A stretch of 64,000 nt of DNA, taken from SAR202 cluster bacterium (GTDB lineage Bacteria; Chloroflexota; Dehalococcoidia; Lucifugimonadales; GCA-2719675). Positions 18,497 through 30,780 of the stretch are shown here, one piece after another; the stretch's first letter is position 1; every line of letters starts with the position of its first letter. Location of the stretch: contig VFGW01000017.1 in assembly GCA_009392295.1 (NCBI GenBank), positions 59,933-123,932 on the forward strand, given 5' to 3'. A model generated the notes under the pieces. That model did not search any database and was not told the DNA's origin. It saw nothing but the letters and a program-made list of their open reading frames with translations. The position numbers and the translations under genes are program-made.

Positions 18497-19696
18497 ATGA
18501 TTAAATATTTTAATAATAAAAAAATTGTAATTGGTGTTACGGGCAGTATTGCTGCATACAAAGCAGTTGATTTAGCAAGTCAATTAAAGCAAAGAGGCGC
18601 TATTGTTGATGTAATCATGACTGAAACGGCAACTAAATTCATTCATCCTTTATCTTTTCAGGCCATTACTCACCGGGAAGTGGTAGTTGATTTATATGAC
18701 CCCTCTTCAGAGATAGGTATGGATCATTTGGTTTTAGCAAACCAGGCGGATTTATTTATTGTGGCTCCAGCTACAGCTAATATTGTCTCTAAAGCAGCTT
18801 TAGGAATTGCAGATAATGCATTAATTTCAACTTTGTTAGCAACTGAGGCTCCTGTTTTGGTTTGTCCTGCAATGGACGGAGATATGTTCCAAAAACCTCA
18901 AATAAAAAATAATATTGAGAAATTAATTGAGTTTGGTTTTCATGTTTTAGGCCCCAATGAAGGAAGATTGGCTTCGGGAAATATTGGCAAAGGTAGATTA
19001 GTAGAGATATATGAAATTCAGAATATGTGTCGATACATTTTTGGGATTAAAGGAGATTATCGAGGTAAAAATATAGTTGTCACATCAGGTGGCACAAAAG
19101 AGCATATTGACCCCGTCAGATATATTTCTAACAATTCTTCTGGCAAGATGGGGAATTTCATAGCAGAAGCAGCTAGAGATAGAGGGGCTTTTGTTCAGTT
19201 AGTTTCGTCTTCATTGTCTGCTAAAAGTTCTGCCGGAATAGAATTAAAGAAAGTAAAAACTGCCGATCAAATGCTTCGAGCTGTTGAGCTTGCCTCAACG
19301 AGTGCTGATGTTTTAATTATGGCTGCAGCTGTTTCTGATTGGAAACCAATTGATGTTAGTGAGCAAAAAATAAAAAAAGATGGGCAAAAAGAAATTTCTA
19401 TTCAAATGACACAATCTTCAGATATTTTATCCACTGTTTTAAAGCCGGGGCTATTTAAGGTGGGATTTGCGGCAGAGACAGAGGATATCATTAATAATGC
19501 TTCAGAAAAATTAAATTCTAAAGGTTTGGATTTAATTGTGGCAAATGATATTTCTGATGATTCAATTGGATTTGAAAGTGACTATAATTCAGTGACAATT
19601 ATTGATAAAAATGGAATTGCAAAACAAGTTGACAGGTCTTTAAAATATGAGGTTGCAAATTTGATACTTGATGAAGTGTTAAATTTATATGTTTAA
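18497..19696 (+). CDS. coaBC: bifunctional phosphopantothenoylcysteine decarboxylase / phosphopantothenate-cysteine ligase
   Basis: GVTGSIAAYKA flavoprotein motif, PAMDGDM, and SSGKMG in the CoaB half. The start is taken at ATG 18497 (MIKYFNNKKIVIG). Confidence 0.85.
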   Translation: MIKYFNNKKIVIGVTGSIAAYKAVDLASQLKQRGAIVDVIMTETATKFIHPLSFQAITHREVVVDLYDPSSEIGMDHLVLANQADLFIVAPATANIVSKAALGIADNALISTLLATEAPVLVCPAMDGDMFQKPQIKNNIEKLIEFGFHVLGPNEGRLASGNIGKGRLVEIYEIQNMCRYIFGIKGDYRGKNIVVTSGGTKEHIDPVRYISNNSSGKMGNFIAEAARDRGAFVQLVSSSLSAKSSAGIELKKVKTADQMLRAVELASTSADVLIMAAAVSDWKPIDVSEQKIKKDGQKEISIQMTQSSDILSTVLKPGLFKVGFAAETEDIINNASEKLNSKGLDLIVANDISDDSIGFESDYNSVTIIDKNGIAKQVDRSLKYEVANLILDEVLNLYV

Positions 19697-19749
19697 GATA
19701 TTATCATGTTACTGCTACAAGATTGCAATTGATGTGTTTTGGTTGATAA

Positions 19750-19779
19750 TTGACCGTTCAAATTTGGTTATGGTACAAT
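19750..19779 (+). promoter_or_regulatory. candidate sigma-70-type promoter of the atp operon
   Basis: TTGACC (19750..19755), an 18-nt spacer, then TGgTACAAT (an extended -10; the hexamer is at 19774..19779). It lies 45 nt upstream of the first atp-operon ORF. Confidence 0.45.
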
Positions 19780-19823
19780 CTCCCGCGATGTTCAAAATTG
19801 TTTAGATTTAGGAGTGCATTTTA

Positions 19824-20015
19824 TTGCGTAATGCTCTGAGATTTCTTGGATTGGGCTGGTATGTAGTTTTATGCTTGCTTGGGGGTGGTTACGTAGGTTA
19901 TTTTTTAGACAATGGCTTGGGCACGAAACCATTTTTAACTTTATTGGGAGTTTTAGTAGGTTTGGGATTATCAGCTGCGGGAATATATCGAATGGTTAAA
20001 AATTTATATAATTAA
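19824..20015 (+). CDS. AtpZ/AtpI-like small membrane protein of the ATP synthase operon
   Basis: 63 aa with two TM segments. FLGLGWYVVLCLLGGGYVGYFLD resembles the ATPase_gene1 family. TTG start, with GGAG at 19811..19814. Confidence 0.55.
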   Translation: MRNALRFLGLGWYVVLCLLGGGYVGYFLDNGLGTKPFLTLLGVLVGLGLSAAGIYRMVKNLYN

Positions 20016-20037
20016 GAATTAATTAACACTTTAAAAA

Positions 20038-21150
20038 GTGAGTGAGGTTTTTTTGGCGAGAATATTCACAAACACGAAATTAATTGCCCTATTGGCTGTA
20101 TTGGTTCTTGTAGTAAGTATATTTGGAGGAATTCTTGGAGAAAAATTTGGTGGTGGATTTTTAGGTTCTCCCATAGCTCATATCCAGCTTCCAGCAGAGT
20201 CAATTTCTAGTTCTCCAATTATTAAATCTGAAACTTTTGGGAAAATTTATATTACCAATACGATGATAGCCACATGGATAGGAATTATCATGTTGTCCCT
20301 GGTTGCATATTTGGGCTCCCGCAAGGCTGGTGAAGTTCCTAGTAGGATGCAAGGTGTTTGGGAAATTATTTTGGAGTTTTTTATCACTACATGCGAAAGA
20401 GTAGCTGGCAAAGATAAAGGCAGGGTGTTTTTCCCCCTTGTTATGACAATATTTTTGTTTGTAGTTTCTGCTAATTGGCTTGGAATTCTTCCTGGTTTTG
20501 GGACTATTGGGAGAGTAGAAACTCCAGAGGAAGTATTCCATCACAGAGGCATTGATGTCCACTCAAAGGAACAGCATCCATCCGATGAAGATTTGGAAGG
20601 TGTTAGATTACAGGTTTTTGAAAAATTATCTGATAATGTTTTTATTCTAAATTTAGGTTCTGGACAGAGTGAGACAAATGGAAAAATCTGGATGGAAGAC
20701 CATGGTCATGGGCATAGTCATGATCACGAAGAAAAGAGTGAAAGGGCAGGATTATTGGTTCCTTATCTCCGGAGTGCTAATACCGATATTAATACACCTT
20801 TGGCGATTGCAATTGTTGCAACAATTATGATTCATTTTTGGGGATTTAGGTTTTTAGGAATCACATCCCATTTAGGAAAGTTTTTTGATTTCAAGCATGG
20901 GCCTATAGGTTTTTTTGTTGGTATATTAGAAGGTGTTAGTGAAATTGCAAGATTGGTTAGTTTTACTTTTAGGTTATTTGGGAATATTTTTGCCGGTGAG
21001 GTTTTATTGATTGCTATGGCATTTTTAATTCCTTTAGTTGGATTAATTCCATTTTTAGGTTTGGAGATATTTGTAGGAGCTATACAGGCTTTCATTTTTT
21101 CAATGTTAACTTTAGTTTTCGCAACTTCTGCTAGCGCTAGCCATCATTAG
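20038..21150 (+). CDS. atpB: F0F1 ATP synthase subunit a (unusually long, 370 aa)
   Basis: Essential-Arg helix SFTFRLFGNIFAGE and the LRSANTDINTPLAIA segment. GTG start. It contains an extra segment of about 78 aa at residues 161..238 (see findings). Confidence 0.85.
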   Translation: MSEVFLARIFTNTKLIALLAVLVLVVSIFGGILGEKFGGGFLGSPIAHIQLPAESISSSPIIKSETFGKIYITNTMIATWIGIIMLSLVAYLGSRKAGEVPSRMQGVWEIILEFFITTCERVAGKDKGRVFFPLVMTIFLFVVSANWLGILPGFGTIGRVETPEEVFHHRGIDVHSKEQHPSDEDLEGVRLQVFEKLSDNVFILNLGSGQSETNGKIWMEDHGHGHSHDHEEKSERAGLLVPYLRSANTDINTPLAIAIVATIMIHFWGFRFLGITSHLGKFFDFKHGPIGFFVGILEGVSEIARLVSFTFRLFGNIFAGEVLLIAMAFLIPLVGLIPFLGLEIFVGAIQAFIFSMLTLVFATSASASHH

Positions 21151-21164
21151 TTGTAAAATATTAG

Positions 21165-21443
<279 letters not shown>

Positions 21444-21491
21444 ATTCATGGTTGTTGCGATTCTAATTCTAAAGAAAGTTGTTGTAAAATT

Positions 21492-21989
21492 ATGGACGCA
21501 TTAGGTATAAATATTGCTACCTTGCTAACTCAAATTGTGAGTTTTTTGGTTTTGTTTTTTATTCTTTCAAAGGTACTTTATTCTCCTTTGGTTAAGATGC
21601 TCGACCAGAGAGCAGCAAAAATCAAAGAGAGTTTAGATTTAGCTGAAAAAACAAAGAACGATTCTGAGGAACAAACTCGAATAATTGAAGAGAAATTGAA
21701 TGAAGCTACTGCAGAAGGTCAGGCTATAATTGCTGAATCTAGGAAGGTTGCTCAAAAGTTTCGAGATGAGGAATTAGCTAAAGTTAAGTCAGATATTGAG
21801 GCTGAACGCACAAAGGTAGCAACTAATATCCAGAGAGAAAAAGATGCGGCTATAGAAGAAATACGCAAGGAATTTGCTGGATTGGCTGTTGCTGCGGCTG
21901 AGAGAGTAATTGGAAAATCCGTTGATTCTAAAGCTCACAAGGATTTAATTGAACAAGTTTTGAAAGAAGGTACAGAAGTTAACCAATAA
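21492..21989 (+). CDS. atpF: F0F1 ATP synthase subunit b
   Basis: Single N-terminal TM segment followed by a long charged helix, in the operon position between c and delta. Confidence 0.8.
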   Translation: MDALGINIATLLTQIVSFLVLFFILSKVLYSPLVKMLDQRAAKIKESLDLAEKTKNDSEEQTRIIEEKLNEATAEGQAIIAESRKVAQKFRDEELAKVKSDIEAERTKVATNIQREKDAAIEEIRKEFAGLAVAAAERVIGKSVDSKAHKDLIEQVLKEGTEVNQ

Positions 21990-22071
21990 AACTATGTTCT
22001 GATTGACAGGGTATAGATATTTTATGGCTTCTGTGATGGAGGTTTTAATTTAATGTGGATATGGAGATTTA

Positions 22072-22599
22072 ATGCCTAACGTTTCGTCTTCTAAAAGATA
22101 TGCCCAGGCAATTTTTGAAATTGCTTTGGAGCAAAATAATGTTGACTCTTGGGTGGAGAGCTTAACTGTTGTTGACAGTGTTCTTGATTCAGAGTCTGTT
22201 GAAATTTTAGACGCTCCACAAATCTCTAAATCTCAGAAATACAAGTTGATAAAAGATTCTTTTAAGAAAATAGATCATCAAGTGGCTATTAATTTAGTTT
22301 GTCTTTTAGCATCTAGGTGCTTGGTATATATTTTAAAAGATATTATTGTTGAATTGAACATTGTTAAAGATAAACATGATAATGTGTCGAGACCTCTTGT
22401 TGTTTCTGCAGTAAAATTAGACCAGAAACAATTAGATGATATAAAGGTAATGTCTCAAGGCTTATTTGGAGGTCAAATAATACTTGACACAGAGGTAGAT
22501 CCAAATATTATTGGCGGTTTGATTTTGAAAGTTGATGATACTGTTTTAGATGGCAGTGTTACTAAGAAGCTTCAAAATATGAAGAAAGAAATAGTTTAA
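22072..22599 (+). CDS. atpH: F0F1 ATP synthase subunit delta
   Basis: 175 aa. N-terminus SKRYAQAIFEIA, C-terminal IIGGLILKVDDTVLDGSV, and the expected operon position. Confidence 0.75.
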   Translation: MPNVSSSKRYAQAIFEIALEQNNVDSWVESLTVVDSVLDSESVEILDAPQISKSQKYKLIKDSFKKIDHQVAINLVCLLASRCLVYILKDIIVELNIVKDKHDNVSRPLVVSAVKLDQKQLDDIKVMSQGLFGGQIILDTEVDPNIIGGLILKVDDTVLDGSVTKKLQNMKKEIV

Positions 22600-22630
22600 A
22601 TATTAATAAGATAATTAATCGGAGGCTAAA

Positions 22631-24142
22631 ATGGCGGTTAAAGGGCAAGAAATAGTATCTGTTATTCGAAAACAGATTAAAGATTTTGGGGCTGATTTAT
22701 CTGTAGAAAATGTTGGAACTGTGGTTGAGGTCGGTGATGGCATAGCTACAGTCCATGGTTTGTCAAATGTAGGCGCTAACGAGCTTGTTGAATTTGATGG
22801 CGGAATTATTGGTATGGCATTAAATCTTGAAGAAGATGGAATTGGTGTAGTTATTTTGGGTGATTCAATTGCTGTAAAGGAAGGGACTGGTGTGCGAGGA
22901 ACTGGAAACGTTGTACAAGTTCCAACTGGTGATGAACTAATAGGAAGGGTAATTGATGCTTTAGGCAATCCAATTGACGGGAAAGGAGCTATAAAAAGTT
23001 CTGAGTCTAGGCCTGTAGAAATTATTGCTCCCGATGTTGCCTCTAGGCAATCAGTGAATACTCCGGTTCAAACAGGTATCAAGGCTATAGATAATATGAT
23101 TCCTGTTGGCAGAGGCCAAAGAGAGTTGATTATTGGCGACAGATCTACTGGTAAGACAGCTTTAGCTATCGATACAATTATTAACCAAAAAGGTGGAGAT
23201 TTAGTTTGTGTTTATGTTGCTATTGGCCAAAGAGTAGGTAAAGTTGCACAAACCGTAGCTAAGCTTGAAGAGTTTGGAGCTTTTGAGCATACTGTTGTTG
23301 TTTCAGCAAATGCAGCTGATCCTGCACCTATGCAATTTTTGGCACCATATACAGGTTGTGCTATTAGTGAATATTTTATGAGTCAAGGAAAAGATGCCTT
23401 GATTGTTTATGATGATTTATCTAAACATGCTTGGGCATATCGCCAGATGTCTTTGTTGTTACGTAGGCCACCTGGACGAGAAGCATACCCGGGAGATGTG
23501 TTTTATTTACATAGTCGATTACTAGAAAGAGCTGCAAGGCTATCTCCAGAATTAGGAGGTGGGTCTCTAACAGCTCTACCTATAATTGAAACTTTAGCGG
23601 GAGATGTTTCTGCCTATGTTCCTACCAATGTGATATCTATTACAGATGGTCAAATTTATTTGGAAACAGAGTTGTTTAACTCTGGCACAAGGCCTGCTGT
23701 AAATGCTGGCCTTTCTGTTTCTAGGGTTGGTGGATCTGCCCAAACAAAAGCTATTAAAAGTGTGGCAGGTCGTTTAAGATTAGACTTAGCTCAGTTTAGA
23801 GAGTTAGCTACTTTTGCTCAATTTGGAACATCTGATTTAGACGAAGCCACTAAAGCCCAATTGGAAAGAGGACAGAGAGCCGTTGAGGTTCTTAAGCAGC
23901 CAGAGAACAAACCGCTATCATTAGGTCAACAAGTGTCTATTTTATTTGCTTTGACTAATGGACATTTGGATGATGTTGATGTAGCAAAAGTTATAGATTT
24001 TGAGACATCATTTCATGAATATATGTCTTCGAACCATAAAGATTTATTAGATGAAATTCAAAAAGAAAAAGATTTGACTAAGGAAATTACAGAGTCTTTA
24101 AATTCAGCTATATCAAAGTTTAAAAAGGCAGGATTATATTGA
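22631..24142 (+). CDS. atpA: F0F1 ATP synthase subunit alpha
   Basis: Walker A GDRSTGKT. 503 aa with strongly conserved alpha-subunit sequence throughout. Confidence 0.97.
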   Translation: MAVKGQEIVSVIRKQIKDFGADLSVENVGTVVEVGDGIATVHGLSNVGANELVEFDGGIIGMALNLEEDGIGVVILGDSIAVKEGTGVRGTGNVVQVPTGDELIGRVIDALGNPIDGKGAIKSSESRPVEIIAPDVASRQSVNTPVQTGIKAIDNMIPVGRGQRELIIGDRSTGKTALAIDTIINQKGGDLVCVYVAIGQRVGKVAQTVAKLEEFGAFEHTVVVSANAADPAPMQFLAPYTGCAISEYFMSQGKDALIVYDDLSKHAWAYRQMSLLLRRPPGREAYPGDVFYLHSRLLERAARLSPELGGGSLTALPIIETLAGDVSAYVPTNVISITDGQIYLETELFNSGTRPAVNAGLSVSRVGGSAQTKAIKSVAGRLRLDLAQFRELATFAQFGTSDLDEATKAQLERGQRAVEVLKQPENKPLSLGQQVSILFALTNGHLDDVDVAKVIDFETSFHEYMSSNHKDLLDEIQKEKDLTKEITESLNSAISKFKKAGLY

Positions 24143-24178
24143 TTTTTATAAGTTCAAAGTTTGCAATAGGAGTATTTT

Positions 24179-26447
<2,269 letters not shown>

Positions 26448-26465
26448 TTTAAGGATATATTATTT

Positions 26466-26717
26466 ATGTCAATTCATGTTGAAATTGCTGTTCCAGAAAA
26501 ATCTGTTTTTGTTGCTTCAGACGCAACGATGATTGTTGTACCTGGAATAGATGGTCAGTTGACTGTTTTGCCAGGACATGCCCGATTGGTAAGCCTTTTG
26601 TCTGCTGGTAAATTAACATATAAATCATCTTCAACAGAAAAAGATTTTTTAATTACAGGTGGGTCTATTTTGGTTGAGAATAATCGAGTATCAGTTTTAG
26701 CAGATGGATTGACTTAA
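26466..26717 (+). CDS. atpC: F0F1 ATP synthase subunit epsilon, N-terminal beta-sandwich domain only (83 aa)
   Basis: Operon position and a pattern typical of the epsilon N-domain (VVPGIDGQLTVLPGHARLVSLL). No C-terminal helical hairpin is encoded, and no continuation exists in any frame downstream. Confidence 0.7.
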   Translation: MSIHVEIAVPEKSVFVASDATMIVVPGIDGQLTVLPGHARLVSLLSAGKLTYKSSSTEKDFLITGGSILVENNRVSVLADGLT

Positions 26718-26794
26718 ATATTTCGGTATTTAAATTTTGTTCTTTGTTTGTATAGAAATATAAAAAACTTCACTTAAGAATTTTATTCAGCAAT

Positions 26795-27433
26795 TTAATC
26801 ATTTATTGATTGAATATATTTTACCAAATCCCATCTTTCTTTTTCTGATAACAAATATTTAAAACTAGGCATTGGAGAAGCAGATTCTCTGTTTCGGATA
26901 TGAGAAGAGAAACCCTGGCGTCCTCCATAAGATATGAAGGCAAACACTTCGCCTGCTTTTGCATTTTGTGTAGAAGCTTCTAGTAAATTAACAGGTAAAG
27001 GCCCTTTATCTATGAAAGGAACAATGCTGCCGTTACCATCCAAATTTTGTCCGTGACATACTAAACAGTTTACTCTGTAAACTTCTTTAACATGATCCTG
27101 ATTATAATTTGAAATAAATTGTTTAGGCATAGAAAGTTCTTGATATTCCTCAAGAGAGTTATACGAAATTTCTTTTCCAGTGATAGGAACAGAATCATTT
27201 GGAGGCAGTAATCTAGGTCCTTCTTGAGACCGGTAAGATTGTTGGTAATGCATTTCACTGAATACCATGACTTTATGTGATCCTGTTTTTGGAATAACTG
27301 GCAAATCAAATGAACCTACTCCACGGACAGTTGTGACACCACTTACACTATTGTAAGAAACACACCCTAAAGTCGAAAGAACTGTTAATATCGAAACTAT
27401 AAATAAAATTATATGTGTTTTGTTCTTATTCAT
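26795..27433 (-). CDS. monoheme cytochrome c lipoprotein, ActE-like subunit of alternative complex III
   Basis: Signal peptide plus lipobox (LSTLGCVS) and a single CLVCHG heme motif. It is the last gene of the ACIII-like operon. Confidence 0.65.
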   Translation of the reverse strand: MNKNKTHIILFIVSILTVLSTLGCVSYNSVSGVTTVRGVGSFDLPVIPKTGSHKVMVFSEMHYQQSYRSQEGPRLLPPNDSVPITGKEISYNSLEEYQELSMPKQFISNYNQDHVKEVYRVNCLVCHGQNLDGNGSIVPFIDKGPLPVNLLEASTQNAKAGEVFAFISYGGRQGFSSHIRNRESASPMPSFKYLLSEKERWDLVKYIQSIND

Positions 27434-27440
27434 TAATGAA

Positions 27441-27956
27441 TTATTCCCATCCTCTTTTTACTTCTTCGGCACCACTATTTTTTAAGACTTCCTCAGCTTG
27501 AAGCATTTTATCTGGACTTGAAGTTATACATATACCTATATATCCTTCGGTAATTTTTGTGTCATAAGCACCCATGAATAGTCGTGGGAGCCTAGATTCG
27601 AAAATAATTCCAAAAACCGTAAATAAAATTGCTCCCAGCATTGTGCCTTCATACATAATTATTAGCATAGGAGGAATTGATAGAAGGGGTTTCCCTCCTG
27701 TTATTAAAGGAAATGCTATTTGATTACCCGCAGTTAATAAAAGACCAACAATGAATCCGCACATAGCGCCAATAATGGGAAATCTGTAAAGTTTGTGTTT
27801 TGGTTCTTCGTCCCCAAATGTACCATCGGGGTAAGGTGTTCCAGTTAAAATTTCATATTCAGTGGATTTGAATCCTGATTCGGAAACTTTGTCGAGCGCA
27901 TCTGCAACTGAATCTTCATCTGTAAACAAACCAATTACACTTCTTTTGTTAAACAT
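27441..27956 (-). CDS. ActD-like (DUF3341-type) ACIII membrane subunit
   Basis: 171 aa. Soluble N-domain (VIGLFTDEDSVADALDKVSESGF), then two TM segments. Its position is directly after an NrfD-type subunit. Confidence 0.65.
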   Translation of the reverse strand: MFNKRSVIGLFTDEDSVADALDKVSESGFKSTEYEILTGTPYPDGTFGDEEPKHKLYRFPIIGAMCGFIVGLLLTAGNQIAFPLITGGKPLLSIPPMLIIMYEGTMLGAILFTVFGIIFESRLPRLFMGAYDTKITEGYIGICITSSPDKMLQAEEVLKNSGAEEVKRGWE

Positions 27957-27967
27957 AATTAATATCC

Positions 27968-29344
27968 TTACTCTCTAATAGAAGCAGGCACTTTTGCTCT
28001 GCCAATTTTAATTTCATCTCTTCCAACCATGCCTTCTTTTATATCAAACAATGGAATTAGCGGGAAGACTCTAGCAAACAATAGCATACCCATTAAAACC
28101 CAAGCAAACGTCATGGCGACCATAAGAATTTCTACTATACTAGGGGTATAACTTCCCCAGTTAAACATCAATGGTTGTTTTCTCATTAAGCCTGGTACGA
28201 TTATCAAGAATCTTTCAAGCCACATACCTATGTTGACAGATATAGTTGTTATAAACATCCACAAGAAATTTCTTCGTACTTTTTTAAACAACCACATTGG
28301 TACAGGGAACAGGTATGCAGTTATAACAAATATTATAAACATAGCGCTCCATGGCATCTTAAAGACCTGGAGTTCTCGCATTGCAAGTTCTGGACCCTCT
28401 AAAGTATACAATGCATATACCCACTCAAGGAAGAAGAAGAAGAACCATGCAGTAGCGACTATAATTAGTAATCTACCGATAGCATCTAAATGATCTGGGG
28501 TAATATATTTATCCCATTTAAATAACCAAACCATTACTACCATTACTGTAGCAACGGCAGATACTCCAGAATGTATAGCTCCAATGATAAAATATGGCGC
28601 AAAAATTGTTGAGTGCCATGCTTCAGGTCCAATTTGAGCGGCGAAATCCCAAGAAACTATGCTGTGCACAGACACAAAAACAGGTAAAACTAATGCGGAT
28701 AGCAATATTCCAGCTACAATTTGTAATTTCCACTGAACTGGAGTTCCACGCCAGCCTAAAGCAAGAAATCCATATATCTTGCTTACAATTCCTTTTGTTC
28801 TATCTCTAATAATGGCTAAATCGGGAATTAAGCAAACAAATACGAATAAAGAGCTAGCAGTCAGATAAGTCATTACTGCACTTGGGTCCCAAATAAAAGG
28901 AGATTTAACATTGATCCAAATTCCTCTGGAAAAATCATAAGGAAAAACCCAAAGATCAGCTCTCCAGGGCCTTCCAACGTGGACTAATGGTGCAGCTTGT
29001 AATGCTGCAATTAGAGAAAAAACGGTTAAAACTTCGGCAGCTCTAGTTATAGGCCTGCGCCATTCAGCTTGAGTTAATCTTAGAATTGCAGAAATCATAA
29101 TTCCTGCGTGACTAATTCCAATCCAAAATACGAAATTTACCATATAGAAGCCCCAGAATACAGGTCTATTAAGTCCAGTTACTCCAACGCCTTTATTAAG
29201 CATATAAGCGAAAGCGGTCATTCCTGTTAAATATACTATGAGGCAAGCTAATGTGGCTATTGGCCACCATTTAGGTGTTGAAAATATAGAACTTAGTAAG
29301 TCCGTATTAATTTGTTTGTCTGTACGATGATGATGTTCTTGCAT
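27968..29344 (-). CDS. NrfD/PsrC-family polytopic quinone-interacting membrane subunit (ActC- or ActF-like)
   Basis: 458 aa with about 10 TM segments and an NrfD-like sequence character, within the ACIII-like operon. Confidence 0.7.
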   Translation of the reverse strand: MQEHHHRTDKQINTDLLSSIFSTPKWWPIATLACLIVYLTGMTAFAYMLNKGVGVTGLNRPVFWGFYMVNFVFWIGISHAGIMISAILRLTQAEWRRPITRAAEVLTVFSLIAALQAAPLVHVGRPWRADLWVFPYDFSRGIWINVKSPFIWDPSAVMTYLTASSLFVFVCLIPDLAIIRDRTKGIVSKIYGFLALGWRGTPVQWKLQIVAGILLSALVLPVFVSVHSIVSWDFAAQIGPEAWHSTIFAPYFIIGAIHSGVSAVATVMVVMVWLFKWDKYITPDHLDAIGRLLIIVATAWFFFFFLEWVYALYTLEGPELAMRELQVFKMPWSAMFIIFVITAYLFPVPMWLFKKVRRNFLWMFITTISVNIGMWLERFLIIVPGLMRKQPLMFNWGSYTPSIVEILMVAMTFAWVLMGMLLFARVFPLIPLFDIKEGMVGRDEIKIGRAKVPASIRE

Positions 29345-29379
29345 TTTATCTCTTAGTGATAATTGATTTGGTCATTTAT

Positions 29380-30780
29380 TTATTCTGGCTTTCCAAGAAC
29401 TAAAACTTCAGTTCTATGAAATTTTTTATGGATTTTATATAGGGATAATTCTTTTTGTTGCCAAATACTAACTACGGGGATGAACTTTGTTAATAAGATA
29501 TAAGTGAGAATTACTGCACTAATTCCACCAACGATTATCATGAGATCAGGAATGTCTGGCAATATTGTTTTAGGTACGTCAGGAAGATAAAAATTATGCT
29601 TGTTAGGGTGATCGCTTAACTGATATGCAGGAACATAAATTCTAAGTCTATCTAAAAAGCTTCCAATAAGTATGAAAAAAGCTAATATTGTAGGTCCTAA
29701 AATTGATCTTCTAATTCTATTGAAGGGCATGGTAAGCAGAGGTAAAATAAATAACAAAAAGGCTGAACCTAAGAAGGGTATGAAATAAGGACCTGTCATA
29801 GATAATTCAATGATTGCTTTTTCAGTTGGTTTAGCACCATACCAAAAAATAATAAAACTAGAAAAGAAAAACCAGACCCACATCAATGATAGAGCAAACA
29901 TTAGTTTTCCTAATGCCCAAAATTGGTCAAATCCTATAAAATCTTTACAACCTCCCCATTTTCTTAAAGCATACATAGCTATAATTACAGTTGCAACACC
30001 AGCTTGAAATGAATTTGCAGTGTGAGTTGCAGGGTATAATGAGTCAATCCAACCTGGAATTAAACTCATCGCAAAATCTGAGCTAATTTGGAAATTAAGG
30101 ATGACAAGCGTCATAAAATAGAATGCCCCCAATATTCCAATTCGGTGTTTCTGTGTAAACCATTGCTTGGAAGTTCCGATCCATCGGTTAGAAAGTATTG
30201 AAAAAAGTTTTTTATTATATGTGTTTTTAGAGTTTTCTCTTAGTACTGCAAAATCAGGAACTGTTGAAATCCATAGTAAGGCTATTCCTAGTAATACTAA
30301 ACATATGAAACTAATTAAAGTAATTATATGAGGCATGTAGGCATTCATTTTTAGTGATTCAAAGAACCACAATGTTCGTCTGCCATCACTTAAACTTGGC
30401 AAAACACAAAGAACTGGTATGAACAAGAGTAAATTTATTAGCCCTAGAGGTGCAAACAATTGTGCGACCTTAGAAATCGACCTGTTCCAGTGCCCTTTAG
30501 CAATAAATGGAGCAATGGCTACCATTGGAGCGGCCTGAACAGTTGTAAGTAAGAAAACTACAAAAGTGACGTAATAGCCCCATTTTGCAGGATTATCAAA
30601 GCCATCGTTTGTAATTTTAACAATTAATCCTATTAATCCAATAATAGAAAGTACAGATAAAATAATTAGAAAAATTGTATTTTTATTATATTTAGACACA
30701 TGTAATCCAACTAATTTTGCAGTTAAATCAGCTTGTTTAGAAAATTGTGTTTGTTCGTGTGTGTTTTGGCTAGTGGACAT
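29380..30780 (-). CDS. NrfD/PsrC-family polytopic membrane subunit (ActC- or ActF-like), second paralog
   Basis: About 466 aa, polytopic. I prefer ATG 30780..30778 (MSTSQNTHEQ), which overlaps the upstream Fe-S gene by 11 nt, over the track start at 30807. Confidence 0.7.
   Translation of the reverse strand: MSTSQNTHEQTQFSKQADLTAKLVGLHVSKYNKNTIFLIILSVLSIIGLIGLIVKITNDGFDNPAKWGYYVTFVVFLLTTVQAAPMVAIAPFIAKGHWNRSISKVAQLFAPLGLINLLLFIPVLCVLPSLSDGRRTLWFFESLKMNAYMPHIITLISFICLVLLGIALLWISTVPDFAVLRENSKNTYNKKLFSILSNRWIGTSKQWFTQKHRIGILGAFYFMTLVILNFQISSDFAMSLIPGWIDSLYPATHTANSFQAGVATVIIAMYALRKWGGCKDFIGFDQFWALGKLMFALSLMWVWFFFSSFIIFWYGAKPTEKAIIELSMTGPYFIPFLGSAFLLFILPLLTMPFNRIRRSILGPTILAFFILIGSFLDRLRIYVPAYQLSDHPNKHNFYLPDVPKTILPDIPDLMIIVGGISAVILTYILLTKFIPVVSIWQQKELSLYKIHKKFHRTEVLVLGKPE

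Noticed and set aside
22615-22968. 117-aa minus-strand ORF. Similar antisense track ORFs include 1294..1482, 1546..1806, 20200..20562, 20832..21095, 25154..25360, 28230..28493, 31820..32014, 39233..39614, 42152..42373, 54681..54905 and 63521..63814.
   Set aside because: Each lies entirely inside, and antisense to, a strongly conserved gene with clear family motifs. Their products are low-complexity or Pro/Ser/Thr-rich mirror translations. No RBS or family resemblance is visible.
26718-26794. Expected bidirectional terminator between convergent atpC and the actE-like gene.
   Set aside because: I found no GC-rich stem followed by a T-run. Only AT-rich sequence is present, so no terminator is called.
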